Origin: a virus
Taxonomy: Duplodnaviria > Caudoviricetes
DNA length: 43,180 nt
Direction: 5' to 3' (one strand)
IMG/VR virus record: IMGVR_UViG_3300002092_000076
Location: 1-43,180 of that record
The notes under the pieces were generated by a model that did no database searches, was not told where the DNA came from, and worked only from the letters and a program-made list of their open reading frames with translations. The position numbers were made by a program, and so were the translations under genes. This document shows, piece by piece, positions 16,714 to 29,358 of this stretch (the stretch's first letter is position 1; each line of letters starts with the position of its first letter).

Positions 16714-17430
16714 ATGAAGGGCTTCAAGAACAGCACCAAAACCCAGTACTCGATGGGAGGTTCGAGCAACGGGGCCAAGGGCGCGGCTAAGGTCGCCAAG
16801 GTCATGGGCGAGTTCAAGGCGGGCACGCTGCACAGCGGCTCCAAGAAAGGCCCAGTGGTCGATAACCCGAAGCAAGCTGTTGCGATCGCCATGAAGCAGG
16901 CGGGCAAGGCGGCTCCAGTGAAGAAGGCGATGGGCGGCGCGCTGCCGAATCCGGGCATGTCGACCCCGACCGCGATGCCCGCGCGCTCCATGCGCACTCC
17001 CGGCATGTCGCGCACGATGGCGAAGTACAAGGCCGCGATGGCCTCTCGTCCGCGCGGCGCGCCGCTGATCAGCGGCATGCAGGGTCCCGCGCCTGCCATG
17101 TCTGCTATGCCTGCTCCGAGTATGAGCCTCCCGACTGGCGCTCCCGGCGCTATGAAGAAAGGCGGCAAGGTGATGAAGAAGGCCGACGGCGGTCTGGCGA
17201 CTTCGATCCGCACCCCGTCGGACTACAACTCGTCGGACAATGCCTTCGTCAACACCCGTGCGCAGCAACTGCAGGGCATGGTTGGCCGCAAGAAGGGCGG
17301 CGAGGTCTCCAAGGCGGACATCGCGCAGGATAAGGCTCTCGTCAAAAAGATGGTGCATAAGCACGAAATGGCTATGCACCCCGGCAAGCCGATGACCAAG
17401 CTGCGCAAAGGCGGCATGGCCAAGTGCTAG
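16714..17430 (+). CDS. Lys/Met-rich basic protein with DUF6496-like domain and multiple xxGG motifs
   Basis: KVAKVMGEFKAGTLHSGS...KQAVAIA; ATG at 16714. Confidence 0.8.
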   Translation: MKGFKNSTKTQYSMGGSSNGAKGAAKVAKVMGEFKAGTLHSGSKKGPVVDNPKQAVAIAMKQAGKAAPVKKAMGGALPNPGMSTPTAMPARSMRTPGMSRTMAKYKAAMASRPRGAPLISGMQGPAPAMSAMPAPSMSLPTGAPGAMKKGGKVMKKADGGLATSIRTPSDYNSSDNAFVNTRAQQLQGMVGRKKGGEVSKADIAQDKALVKKMVHKHEMAMHPGKPMTKLRKGGMAKC

Positions 17431-17437
17431 TTCGCGA

Positions 17438-17477
17438 GGGGCGCTTCGTTTACACCAAGCGCCCCTTCATTTAGAAT
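17438..17477 (+). promoter_or_regulatory. Hairpin/terminator overlapping a sigma70 promoter for tail genes
   Basis: AGGGGCGCTT...AAGCGCCCCT stem; TTTACA (17449-17454)-N17-TAGAAT (17472-17477). Confidence 0.6.
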
Positions 17478-17541
17478 TGACGCTGCTGACAAGCCTGCTC
17501 CCGGTAGCGGGCTGCTGCTCTAAAATAGCAGGCAGGGCTTG

Positions 17542-18528
17542 ATGGCGTATTCGAATACCGTTTCTCAGACGATCTTCACCACTCGGCGCGTCATCGAGAA
17601 CGCGGCGCGTCGTTGTAAAATCAAGGCTGAGCAACTGTCGGCGGAAGCCGTCGACATTGCCAATGACCAGCTGTACCTGCTGCTGAGCAATCTGGCGAAC
17701 CAGGGCGTCCCGCTCTGGTGCATCGAAAAGCTGATCGTTCCGCTGTACAGCGGCGTGGGCACCGTCGCGCTGCCGACGCGCATCGTCGATATCCTGAACT
17801 CGAACCTGCGCTATCTGCTGCAAGTTTCGGGCACGACGTACGACACCAGCACCACGCACACGGTGGCCTTCGGCACGCCGACGTTTGTGTCGACGGCGGG
17901 CATCCTCTGGACGCAGCCCTCGGTGCCGGTGGCCTTCGAGACCTCTTACGACAACATTAACTGGACCACGATCCAGACTGAGACCCCGCTGGAAGGCGCG
18001 GGCCAGTGGTCTTGGTACGACATGAACATCAGCGTTGCGGCGCCCTACTTCCGCGTCCGCGCCACATCTGGCACGCTGGGCTTCAGCCAAATCTATCTGG
18101 GCAATACGCCCACGGAAATCCCACTCGCCCGGCTGAACCGCGACGACTACACCAACTTGCCCAACAAGGCGTTCCAGTCGAACCGGCCCCTGCAATACTG
18201 GCTGGACCGTACACTTACGCAGCCGGTCATGTACCTCTGGCCGGTGCCGAATGATCAGGCGAGCGTCTACCAGCTTACGCTGTGGTGCCACCGCTACATC
18301 ATGGATGTCGGGACCATGACCCAGCAGGTCGAAGTTCCGCAGCGCTGGTACGAGGCGATCGTTGCACTGCTCGCTTCCAAGCTCGCGCTGGAACTGCCTG
18401 ATGTCGACGGAGGCCTGATCCCGATCCTCGACGCTAAGGCCGCCGAAGCGCTGGCAACGGCCCAGGCGGAGGAGCGCGACAACTCCCCGATCATGTGGGC
18501 TCCTAACATCGCAATGTACACTAGGTAG
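17542..18528 (+). CDS. Head-tail adaptor / tail tubular protein A-like
   Basis: N-terminal IENAARR..LYLLLSNLANQG.PLW; LNRDDYTNLPNK..RPLQYW..YLWPVP; EVPQRWYEAIV. Confidence 0.7.
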   Translation: MAYSNTVSQTIFTTRRVIENAARRCKIKAEQLSAEAVDIANDQLYLLLSNLANQGVPLWCIEKLIVPLYSGVGTVALPTRIVDILNSNLRYLLQVSGTTYDTSTTHTVAFGTPTFVSTAGILWTQPSVPVAFETSYDNINWTTIQTETPLEGAGQWSWYDMNISVAAPYFRVRATSGTLGFSQIYLGNTPTEIPLARLNRDDYTNLPNKAFQSNRPLQYWLDRTLTQPVMYLWPVPNDQASVYQLTLWCHRYIMDVGTMTQQVEVPQRWYEAIVALLASKLALELPDVDGGLIPILDAKAAEALATAQAEERDNSPIMWAPNIAMYTR

Positions 18529-18538
18529 GGGGCCGCGC

Positions 18539-18758
18539 ATGGAAGGCTACCTAGACACGCGCGGGATGCAGTATCTGGCAATCGCGATTTGCGATCGATG
18601 CAAGATCAAGTACCCACTGGCCGATCTGTTCTCCGACGGCAACATCCCTTCGCTGAAGGTGTGCTTGCAGTGCCGAGATGACTACGACCCGTGGCGCTTG
18701 CCTGCGGCCCAAGGCGAGGTCATCTCGCTTCAGTACCCCCGCCCGGACGTGCCGCTCG

Positions 18759-18766
<8 letters not shown>
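18539..18766 (+). CDS. Small Cys-rich tail-module protein, paralogue 1
   Basis: AICDRC...KVCLQCRD.YDPWRL...PRPD. Confidence 0.75.
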
Positions 18767-21637
<2,871 letters not shown>

Positions 21638-21646
21638 GGCCTGCCC

Positions 21647-22084
21647 ATGACGACATATGCCTGGACGTTTTCGGTCATGGAGGCGCTGCCGTCCTACGAC
21701 AGTCTGCAAGATGTCGTCGTTTTCGTGAACTGGACGCTTTCGGCGGACGACGGCCAGGGGCACGTCGCTTCTCTGGCGGGTCGTTTTGAAGTCGTCTTCG
21801 ACCCCGCCGACCCCTTCATCCCTTATGATCAACTTACCGCTGATGTTGTCACAAAGTGGGCGAACGAGGCGCTAGACGTTCCGTCCCTGGAGGAGCAACT
21901 GAACAACATGCTTGCTCAGTTGGCGAACCCGCCTATCGTGACGCTTGCGCCGCCGTGGGGCGCGGAAATTACAGTTGCTCAAGACTATATTCCCGTGCCG
22001 CCTCCGCCGCCAGAGCCGACGCCAGAGCCTTCTGCGCCGGAACTCAATTCATCAACCACTGACGGAACGCCCAGCGCCACCTAA
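21647..22084 (+). CDS. Conserved tail-fibre-associated protein
   Basis: Y.W....DVV..VNW...FIPYDQLT...V..W...PPW pattern common next to phage fibre genes; Pro-rich tail. Confidence 0.7.
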   Translation: MTTYAWTFSVMEALPSYDSLQDVVVFVNWTLSADDGQGHVASLAGRFEVVFDPADPFIPYDQLTADVVTKWANEALDVPSLEEQLNNMLAQLANPPIVTLAPPWGAEITVAQDYIPVPPPPPEPTPEPSAPELNSSTTDGTPSAT

Positions 22085-22087
22085 CCG

Positions 22088-23650
22088 ATGCCATTCAGTT
22101 CAGATAGCGGCAAAGCCTATATCCAGCAGATTGTAAAACGTATCCAGCCGAAGACCGGACTGGATATAGGGTGCGGATCGGGAACCTACGCAAAGCGGTT
22201 TCCGACCGTTAAGTGGGCGGGCGTCGAAGTCTGGTCGCCATACGCCGAAAAATATGACCTGTCTTCGCTCTACGATCCGCTGCTTCTGGAAGACGCCAGG
22301 ACATTAGAGCTAGACGGCCACTGGGACATCGGTGTTGCGGGTGACGTTCTAGAGCATGTGACCCGCGAAGAAGCCCACGCGCTCTTGCGGAAGATGCTTC
22401 AAAGCTGCCGCTACGTCATTGTCAGCATCCCCCTGGGGCACTACCCGCAGGACGAATACGACGGCAATCCATTTGAGCGGCACGTCAAAGACGACTGGAC
22501 GCACAACGAGGTTCTGGCGGCGTTTGGCGATCCGCTACAGCATCGCATCGAAAATGAAATCGGCGTCTACGTCTATGGAAACGATCCCCTTCCGCGCCTG
22601 AAAATCTGCGTCTACGCCATCTCCAAGAACGAAGAGAAGTTCGTGGAGCGGTTCTGCAAGGCGGCTCGCCCGGCGGACCTGATCCTGATCGCGGACACCG
22701 GCAGCACGGATCGCACCACTGATATTGCTATTCAATGCGGAGCTACGGTCCACGACATCTTCATTAGCCCGTGGCGCTTCGATCTGGCGCGAAATGCGGC
22801 GCTGGCGCTGATCCCGCGTGACATTGATGTCTGTATCAGCCTCGACCTCGATGAGGAGCTTCAGCCTGGGTGGCGCGAGGAGATCGAGCGCGTCTGGGTC
22901 GAGGGCACGACCCGCCTACGCTATAAGTTCGACTGGGGTGCGGGCATCGTCTTCTACTACGAGAAGATTCACGCGCGTCACGGATACCGCTGGCATCACC
23001 CCTGCCACGAGTACCCCGTCCCAGACCGCATTACCGAGCAGTGGGCGCAGACGGATATGCTGCTGGCGATCCACAAGCCAGACCCCACGAAGTCTCGCGG
23101 CCAGTATCTGGACCTCTTGCGTGTGTCGATTGAGGAAGACCCGCAAGACCCCCGCAACGCCTTCTACTACGCCAGGGAACTCAGCTTTCACCGCCTCTGG
23201 TCTGAAGCCATCCGCGAGTGCGAGCGATACCTCGCGCTACCCAATGCGACCTGGGAAAACGAACGCTGCTACGCCATGCGCGTCATTGCCCGCTGCTACA
23301 ATGAAATGGGCGACAAGCAGGCGGCGCTTAACTGGGCGCGGCGGGCGACGGCGGAAGCGCCCAATACCCGAGAGCCGTGGTGTGAAGTCGCCAACATCGC
23401 CTACCAAATGGGCCGCTGGAGCGAGTGCTACGGCGCGGCGATGTCGGCTCTCGAAATCCAGCACCGCGAACTCGTCTACACCTGCGACCCCGAAGTCTGG
23501 GGTCATCAGCCGCACGATCTGGCGTCTATAGCGGCATGGAACCTCGGGCTGAAGGATGAGGCCGTCGCCCAGGCCCGCTTGGCGCTGGAGAAGTCGCCGG
23601 TTGATTTGAGATTGCAGCAGAACCTGGGTTTCATGATAAAAGCCGCGTAG
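22088..23650 (+). CDS. SAM-methyltransferase / GT2 glycosyltransferase / TPR fusion
   Basis: LDIGCGSG and DVLEH (class I MTase); KICVYAISKNEE, ADTGSTD and LDLDE (GT-A fold, DxD); helical TPR-like C-terminus. Confidence 0.88.
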   Translation: MPFSSDSGKAYIQQIVKRIQPKTGLDIGCGSGTYAKRFPTVKWAGVEVWSPYAEKYDLSSLYDPLLLEDARTLELDGHWDIGVAGDVLEHVTREEAHALLRKMLQSCRYVIVSIPLGHYPQDEYDGNPFERHVKDDWTHNEVLAAFGDPLQHRIENEIGVYVYGNDPLPRLKICVYAISKNEEKFVERFCKAARPADLILIADTGSTDRTTDIAIQCGATVHDIFISPWRFDLARNAALALIPRDIDVCISLDLDEELQPGWREEIERVWVEGTTRLRYKFDWGAGIVFYYEKIHARHGYRWHHPCHEYPVPDRITEQWAQTDMLLAIHKPDPTKSRGQYLDLLRVSIEEDPQDPRNAFYYARELSFHRLWSEAIRECERYLALPNATWENERCYAMRVIARCYNEMGDKQAALNWARRATAEAPNTREPWCEVANIAYQMGRWSECYGAAMSALEIQHRELVYTCDPEVWGHQPHDLASIAAWNLGLKDEAVAQARLALEKSPVDLRLQQNLGFMIKAA

Positions 23651-23676
23651 CCCGTCTTTGTGCCAAGCAGGTCAAC

Positions 23677-24558
<882 letters not shown>

Positions 24559-24637
24559 GGCCGTACAACATCCGTGGCGTGATGGCTAAAATTGTTTATA
24601 AGCGAAAAAAGAACCCCCAAAGGCCACGGTCGGAGCC

Positions 24638-24844
24638 ATGAGCCAGCATCCAAACCATCCAGCCGTTGACGTTGCGCTTGGTACGCCGCCCGCTCTTGTG
24701 GTTTTCGCCCACTACTTCAGCCTTATCCCCCTTCAGTCTTGGGTCTATATCGTAACGATCACCTACACTATTCTTGCGACCGTCCGGCTCATTTGGAACT
24801 GGAGCCGAGAGCTTTCTAAAGATAAGATAGACGACCTACCCTAA
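24638..24844 (+). CDS. Holin/antiholin-like membrane protein
   Basis: GGAG RBS; 1-2 hydrophobic helices and charged C-terminus; just before the endolysin. Confidence 0.55.
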   Translation: MSQHPNHPAVDVALGTPPALVVFAHYFSLIPLQSWVYIVTITYTILATVRLIWNWSRELSKDKIDDLP

Positions 24845-24863
24845 CAAAATACACGATACTAAA

Positions 24864-25289
24864 ATGATCTCGTCTCGACTTCTGAGTTCCCTGAATCCTA
24901 TTGTCGCGGCCAAGTGCGAGGCGCACATCGCCGCCTGTAAGGCTGAGGGCATCGAGCTTCTGATCACCTGCACCTACCGAGACAATGAGATGCAGGACCA
25001 CCTCTACGCCCAGGGCCGCACCGAGCTTGGCAAGGTCGTCACCAACGCCAAGGGCGGCCAGTCGGCGCACAACTACCGCCTCGCCTACGACATCGTCCCC
25101 ATGCTCTACGGCAAGCCCGTCTGGAGCACGACCGGCGAAGACGGCAAGATGTGGGAGCGGGTGGGCGAGTTGGGTGAAGCCGAGGGCCTGGAGTGGGCCG
25201 GTAGGTGGAAGACCTTTAAGGAGCTGCCCCATTTTCAGTACCTGGGCGGGCACCCCATGTCATATTTCGCGCAAGGCGGTACGCTATAG
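24864..25289 (+). CDS. Endolysin, M15 L-Ala-D-Glu peptidase type
   Basis: TYR..EMQ..LYAQGRT, SAHNYRLAYD (H-x6-D), LEWAG.W and ELPHFQ. Confidence 0.92.
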   Translation: MISSRLLSSLNPIVAAKCEAHIAACKAEGIELLITCTYRDNEMQDHLYAQGRTELGKVVTNAKGGQSAHNYRLAYDIVPMLYGKPVWSTTGEDGKMWERVGELGEAEGLEWAGRWKTFKELPHFQYLGGHPMSYFAQGGTL

Positions 25290-25317
25290 GTTAACCGCCG
25301 ACCAAAAGGAGGCGACC

Positions 25318-25488
25318 ATGCTCAAAGGCTACAAGACCTATATCGTTGCCGCTGTAACGATTATCGGCGCACTGGCGAACTACCTCGTGGGTGACGCCGA
25401 CGTTCCCTCGACCGTGCAACTCTGCGTCACCGCGATCCTGGCGGCGACACTGCGCCACGGCATGAGCGACACGCCCCCGCAATCTTAG
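25318..25488 (+). CDS. Holin-like protein (two TM helices, 56 aa)
   Basis: AGGAGG RBS; MLKGYKTYIVAAVTIIGALANYL...VTAILAATLRHGM. Confidence 0.7.
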   Translation: MLKGYKTYIVAAVTIIGALANYLVGDADVPSTVQLCVTAILAATLRHGMSDTPPQS

Positions 25489-25506
25489 CTGACAGAAAGC
25501 AACCCC

Positions 25507-25911
25507 ATGTCCGATCTCTCCCAAACCGTCCACAACTTCGAAACCATGCTGGCGGGCAAGTCCACCTTCTCTCAGTTCGCGGCTCAGGAAGGCGCGATGA
25601 TTGAGAAGAACATCGCGTCGCTTCCGCCCGCCATGCAGGGCGCTGCAACCGTGATGTTCGAAAGCTTCAAGGCTGGGGCGTCGATCCTCGTGGGCGCGGG
25701 CATGACGGCTATCGGGCCGATCCTGGCTGAATCCAGTGACACCCAGGCTACGCAGATCGCCAATCTGCTTCAGCTTATGGGCGTCAAGACGGTCGGCCCC
25801 CTGTCGATTGCGGAACACGCCGCCCTGGTGACGGCCATCAACGGCCTGAAGGCGCAGCTTGACCGCATCGGCCTTCAGATCACGACCTCCGGGGTCCAGG
25901 CGAAGCCGTGA
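25507..25911 (+). CDS. Hypothetical amphipathic protein in the lysis cassette
   Basis: ORF track; GTGA coupling to the next gene. Confidence 0.75.
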   Translation: MSDLSQTVHNFETMLAGKSTFSQFAAQEGAMIEKNIASLPPAMQGAATVMFESFKAGASILVGAGMTAIGPILAESSDTQATQIANLLQLMGVKTVGPLSIAEHAALVTAINGLKAQLDRIGLQITTSGVQAKP

Positions 25912-26117
25912 TCGGCGCTATCGTTCAGTTTCTCTTGGGCGTGATGGGCTTCTTCCTCAAGAAGAAGCCCGCGACCGACATGGACGTGGAGAACCAGATC
26001 AATGAAGTCCAAAAGGCATCCGCTCAAGCTGGCGATACTGTCGCTCGCGCCACTGATAGCGGTAGCAAGCTGCGCGACTACGAAGCCCACGATCCCGACA
26101 ACCGTGACAACGGCTGA
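25908..26117 (+). CDS. Inner-membrane spanin (Rz-like)
   Basis: N-terminal TM followed by KKK and a short coiled coil; overlaps a lipoprotein ORF. Confidence 0.7.
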   Translation: MIGAIVQFLLGVMGFFLKKKPATDMDVENQINEVQKASAQAGDTVARATDSGSKLRDYEAHDPDNRDNG

Positions 26118-26223
26118 CTGCGTCAACTGGAAGACGATCTCCTACTCCGCGAAGTCGGATAGTGAGGAGACCGTTCGGCAGATCATCGAGCAGAACGCGA
26201 GGCGCAAAGCCGTTTGCGGCTAG
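26002..26223 (+). CDS. Outer-membrane lipoprotein spanin (Rz1-like)
   Basis: Signal peptide ending in lipobox VAS-C; +1 frame overlap with the i-spanin; C...C pair. Confidence 0.72.
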   Translation: MKSKRHPLKLAILSLAPLIAVASCATTKPTIPTTVTTADCVNWKTISYSAKSDSEETVRQIIEQNARRKAVCG

Positions 26224-26453
26224 TCCGTGAACGGCTTAATCTTGCCAACAAACATGTGGTTGATCGCAATTGGACCGTGGCTGTCGTAGCTGCGGCTCTC
26301 GGCGCGACGGTAGAACTCCTCGACGATGACAAAGTCATTGGTCGAAAGCTCGCGAACGAAGGCCTCAAGGGTCGTCGCCGGATGCTCGCCGATGATCTGG
26401 TGGACCGCGTTTCCGCTACGGGACGGCATATTCATCGTAATCTGAAAGCGCAT
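26220..26453 (-). CDS. Hypothetical protein (77 aa), lone reverse-strand gene
   Basis: ATG at 26453 with GAGG RBS; MRFQITMNMPSRSGNAVHQII...; own promoter upstream. Confidence 0.7.
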   Translation of the reverse strand: MRFQITMNMPSRSGNAVHQIIGEHPATTLEAFVRELSTNDFVIVEEFYRRAESRSYDSHGPIAINHMFVGKIKPFTD

Positions 26454-26487
26454 ATCTCGCCTCAATAGGCATAGGAACAGGCCACAA

Positions 26488-26577
26488 GGCTTAGCCAACT
26501 CCGCGCCTATTAACAAGTAACGAACGCCACCTCGTAAAGCCGCCCGTGGTGACACTGCGCGATGATTGCGCTAAAAG
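26488..26577. promoter_or_regulatory. Divergent promoter pair
   Basis: Minus strand TTGTTA-N17-TAAGCC (26488-26516); plus strand GTGACA-N17-TAAAAG (26549-26577); both -10 boxes preceded by GC. Confidence 0.45.
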
Positions 26578-26641
26578 AGCCTGTTGACGGTCGAAACCTC
26601 TCGGAGGGTTACGGCGTCCATCCCCCACCGGCAGGTGCTGT

Positions 26642-27295
26642 ATGGCGACGACGACCACTTTTACGACGCTGCAAGACGATGTTCGCCGCTACCTAGAGCG
26701 GGGAAACTCGTACGCCACTGACCCTGTCGTTTACGAACAACTGCCGCGCCTGATCAACCTTGCTGAGCGCCGCATTGCGCGCGAACTGAAGGTCCAGGGC
26801 TTCATCAATGTCGTGACGGACACGCTGATCGTGGGCCAAAGCGTCTACTCCAAGCCCGATCGCTGGCGCGATACCGTGTCGATCAACATTGGCACTGGGG
26901 CCGGGAACAACACGCGCAAGTTCCTGTTTACACGCGATTACGAATACGCTCGCACCTACTGGCCGGATGAAACGCAGACCGCCGAGCCGGTGTTCTACTC
27001 GGACTACGACTACTCGCACTGGCTGATCACGCCGCCGCCGGACGCCGCGTACCCCTTCGAAGTGCTCTACTATGAGCTTCCGCAGCTTCTGGACGACGAG
27101 CACCAGACCAACTGGCTGACCGAGTACGCGCCCCAGTTGCTTCTCTACGCCGTTCTGTTGGAGGCCACGCCGTTCCTCAAGAACGACGAGCGCATCCCTG
27201 TGTGGCAGCAAATGTACGACCGCGCGGCGGCTATGCTCAATGGCGAAGACCTCGCCAAAATCCTTGACCGCTCCGCCGTGAGGAAAGAGGCATGA
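26642..27295 (+). CDS. Phage adaptor / tail connector protein
   Basis: TTFTTL..DV..YLER, LINLAERRIARELK, PPPD..Y..EVLYY, TNWL..YAP.LLLY..LLEA.PFLK. Confidence 0.75.
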   Translation: MATTTTFTTLQDDVRRYLERGNSYATDPVVYEQLPRLINLAERRIARELKVQGFINVVTDTLIVGQSVYSKPDRWRDTVSINIGTGAGNNTRKFLFTRDYEYARTYWPDETQTAEPVFYSDYDYSHWLITPPPDAAYPFEVLYYELPQLLDDEHQTNWLTEYAPQLLLYAVLLEATPFLKNDERIPVWQQMYDRAAAMLNGEDLAKILDRSAVRKEA

Positions 27296-29352
27296 GTTTT
27301 ACCCAGACGTTCGGCGGCAACACGATATATCCCTCGGATATTTCGTATCTGGCCCTGTCGCTGACGGCGGACACCGCGCTGCAGTGGCCCCTGGAAGCCG
27401 CCGTCGGCAACAACCTCGTCGCGCGGATCATCGATGTCACGCCGAGCGGTGCGTACTCGGTATTCATGCCGGACGCCACGCAGACCGGCGTCGGTCAGGT
27501 CACGCAATTCAAGAACCTCGGCCCGTCGACCATCACGATCAAGAACTACGCGAGCGGCACGCTGCTCTCGATCGCTGCCGGGCTGACGTTCACCCTGTAC
27601 CTGACGGACAACACCACCGCCGCCGGTACGTGGAACAGCTTCCAGGCTGGCGCGTCGACGGCGCAGGCTCAGGCCTCGGCGCTGGCGGGATACGGCCTAA
27701 TCGCGCAGGGCAGCGTCCTGTCGCAATCGCAGACCGTGACGCTGTTCAACAGCAACTACACGCTCGGCCCGACGGATCGGGCTCAAGCCTACGTGTGGAC
27801 GGGCGGCGTCGGAACGCTGACGCTCCCGACTGCCAGTTCGGTAGGCAACAACTGGTTCGTCTCCGTGCGGAACGGCGGCACCGGCGATCTGACGGTCGCG
27901 CGCCAAGGTTCCGACCAGATCAACGGCTCGGCCTCGCTGGTTCTGCGCCCGGCGGACAGCGCCATGCTCCTGACCGATGGGATCAACTTCTTCACAGTCG
28001 GCTACGGTCAGCAGGCGGTCTTTGCGTTCGACTACACGTCCATCGATCTGACCGGCCAGAGCAGCCCCTACACCCTGTCCGGGTCGCAGCTGAACCGCGT
28101 CTCCTACAAGTTTGTCGGCACGTTGTCGTCGAACATGGTGATCTACGTCCCGGCCACGATCCAGCAGTACTGGATCGACAACGAGACGACGGGCGGCTCG
28201 TACACGCTGAGCGTCGGCACGAGCACGCAAGTGGCTCCGGTTACGATCAATCGTGGGGCGCGGGGCATCTACTATTGCGACGGGACCAACGTCGTTAACG
28301 CCGACACCGCCAGCATCTCGTTGCCGATCGCCGTGTCGCAGGGCGGTACGGGGGCGACCACCTCGGGCGGCGCGCTGATCAACTTGGGCGGCACCGCCAC
28401 CGGCATCAGCGTCTTCCAGGCGTCGTCCGCGACGCTGGGCCGTCTCGCCCTTAGCGCGGCAGCCTCGGACGCGAACTCCGACATCACCTCCCTGAGCGGC
28501 CTGACGACGCCGCTTAGCGTAACGCAGGGCGGCACCGGGCAGAGCAGCTACACCGATGGCCAACTGCTGATCGGCAACAGCACCGGCAACACGCTCACGA
28601 AGGCCTCGCTGACCGCCGGTAGCGGCGTGACGATCACGCCGGGCTCGGGCTCGATCACCATCAGCGCCTCGGGCACCGGCGGCACTGTCATCTCGGTCAG
28701 CGGCTCTGGCGGCACGACGGGCCTGACACTCACCGGCGGCCCGATCACGGGCTCCGGGACGCTGACGCTGGGCGGTACGCTGACCGTCGCCAACGGCGGC
28801 ACGGGTGCGACCACGCTGACCGGCGTCCTCAAAGGCAACGGCACGTCGGCCTTTACGGCTGCGACGGCGGGGACTGACTACGTGGCTCCCGGTACGCCTA
28901 CGACGTTCACCGCGCTCCAGACGTTCAGCGGCAGCACCAGCAGCCTCGCAACCCTGCTGGCCAACGTCAAAGAGACCGTTACCGTATCGGCGACAGCGGC
29001 CACCGGCACGATCAACTACGACATCACGACGCAGTCGGTGCAGTACTACACCACCAACGCCTCGGGGAACTGGGCCCTCAATCTGCGCGCCAACGGCAGC
29101 AACACGCTGAGCAGCCTGCTAGGCGTCGGAGAGAGCGTTACGGTCGCCTTCCTCGTGACCCAAGGCTCCACGGCCTACTACAACAACGTCGTGCAAGTCG
29201 ACGGAACCGCGACCGGCGTCACGACCGTGTGGCAAGGCGGAGCGCCGACGGCGGGTAACGCCAGCGGCCTTGATGTCTACACCTACACCGTAATCAAGAC
29301 CGCCGCGACACCGACCTACACCGTCCTCGCAACGCAGACGCAGTTCAAGTAG
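27292..29352 (+). CDS. Tail fibre/structural tail protein 2
   Basis: Thr/Ser/Gly-rich; V.QGGTGATT repeats; C-terminal domain about 125 aa, shared with the collagen fibre. Confidence 0.8.
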   Translation: MSFTQTFGGNTIYPSDISYLALSLTADTALQWPLEAAVGNNLVARIIDVTPSGAYSVFMPDATQTGVGQVTQFKNLGPSTITIKNYASGTLLSIAAGLTFTLYLTDNTTAAGTWNSFQAGASTAQAQASALAGYGLIAQGSVLSQSQTVTLFNSNYTLGPTDRAQAYVWTGGVGTLTLPTASSVGNNWFVSVRNGGTGDLTVARQGSDQINGSASLVLRPADSAMLLTDGINFFTVGYGQQAVFAFDYTSIDLTGQSSPYTLSGSQLNRVSYKFVGTLSSNMVIYVPATIQQYWIDNETTGGSYTLSVGTSTQVAPVTINRGARGIYYCDGTNVVNADTASISLPIAVSQGGTGATTSGGALINLGGTATGISVFQASSATLGRLALSAAASDANSDITSLSGLTTPLSVTQGGTGQSSYTDGQLLIGNSTGNTLTKASLTAGSGVTITPGSGSITISASGTGGTVISVSGSGGTTGLTLTGGPITGSGTLTLGGTLTVANGGTGATTLTGVLKGNGTSAFTAATAGTDYVAPGTPTTFTALQTFSGSTSSLATLLANVKETVTVSATAATGTINYDITTQSVQYYTTNASGNWALNLRANGSNTLSSLLGVGESVTVAFLVTQGSTAYYNNVVQVDGTATGVTTVWQGGAPTAGNASGLDVYTYTVIKTAATPTYTVLATQTQFK

Positions 29353-29358
29353 TCGTAG

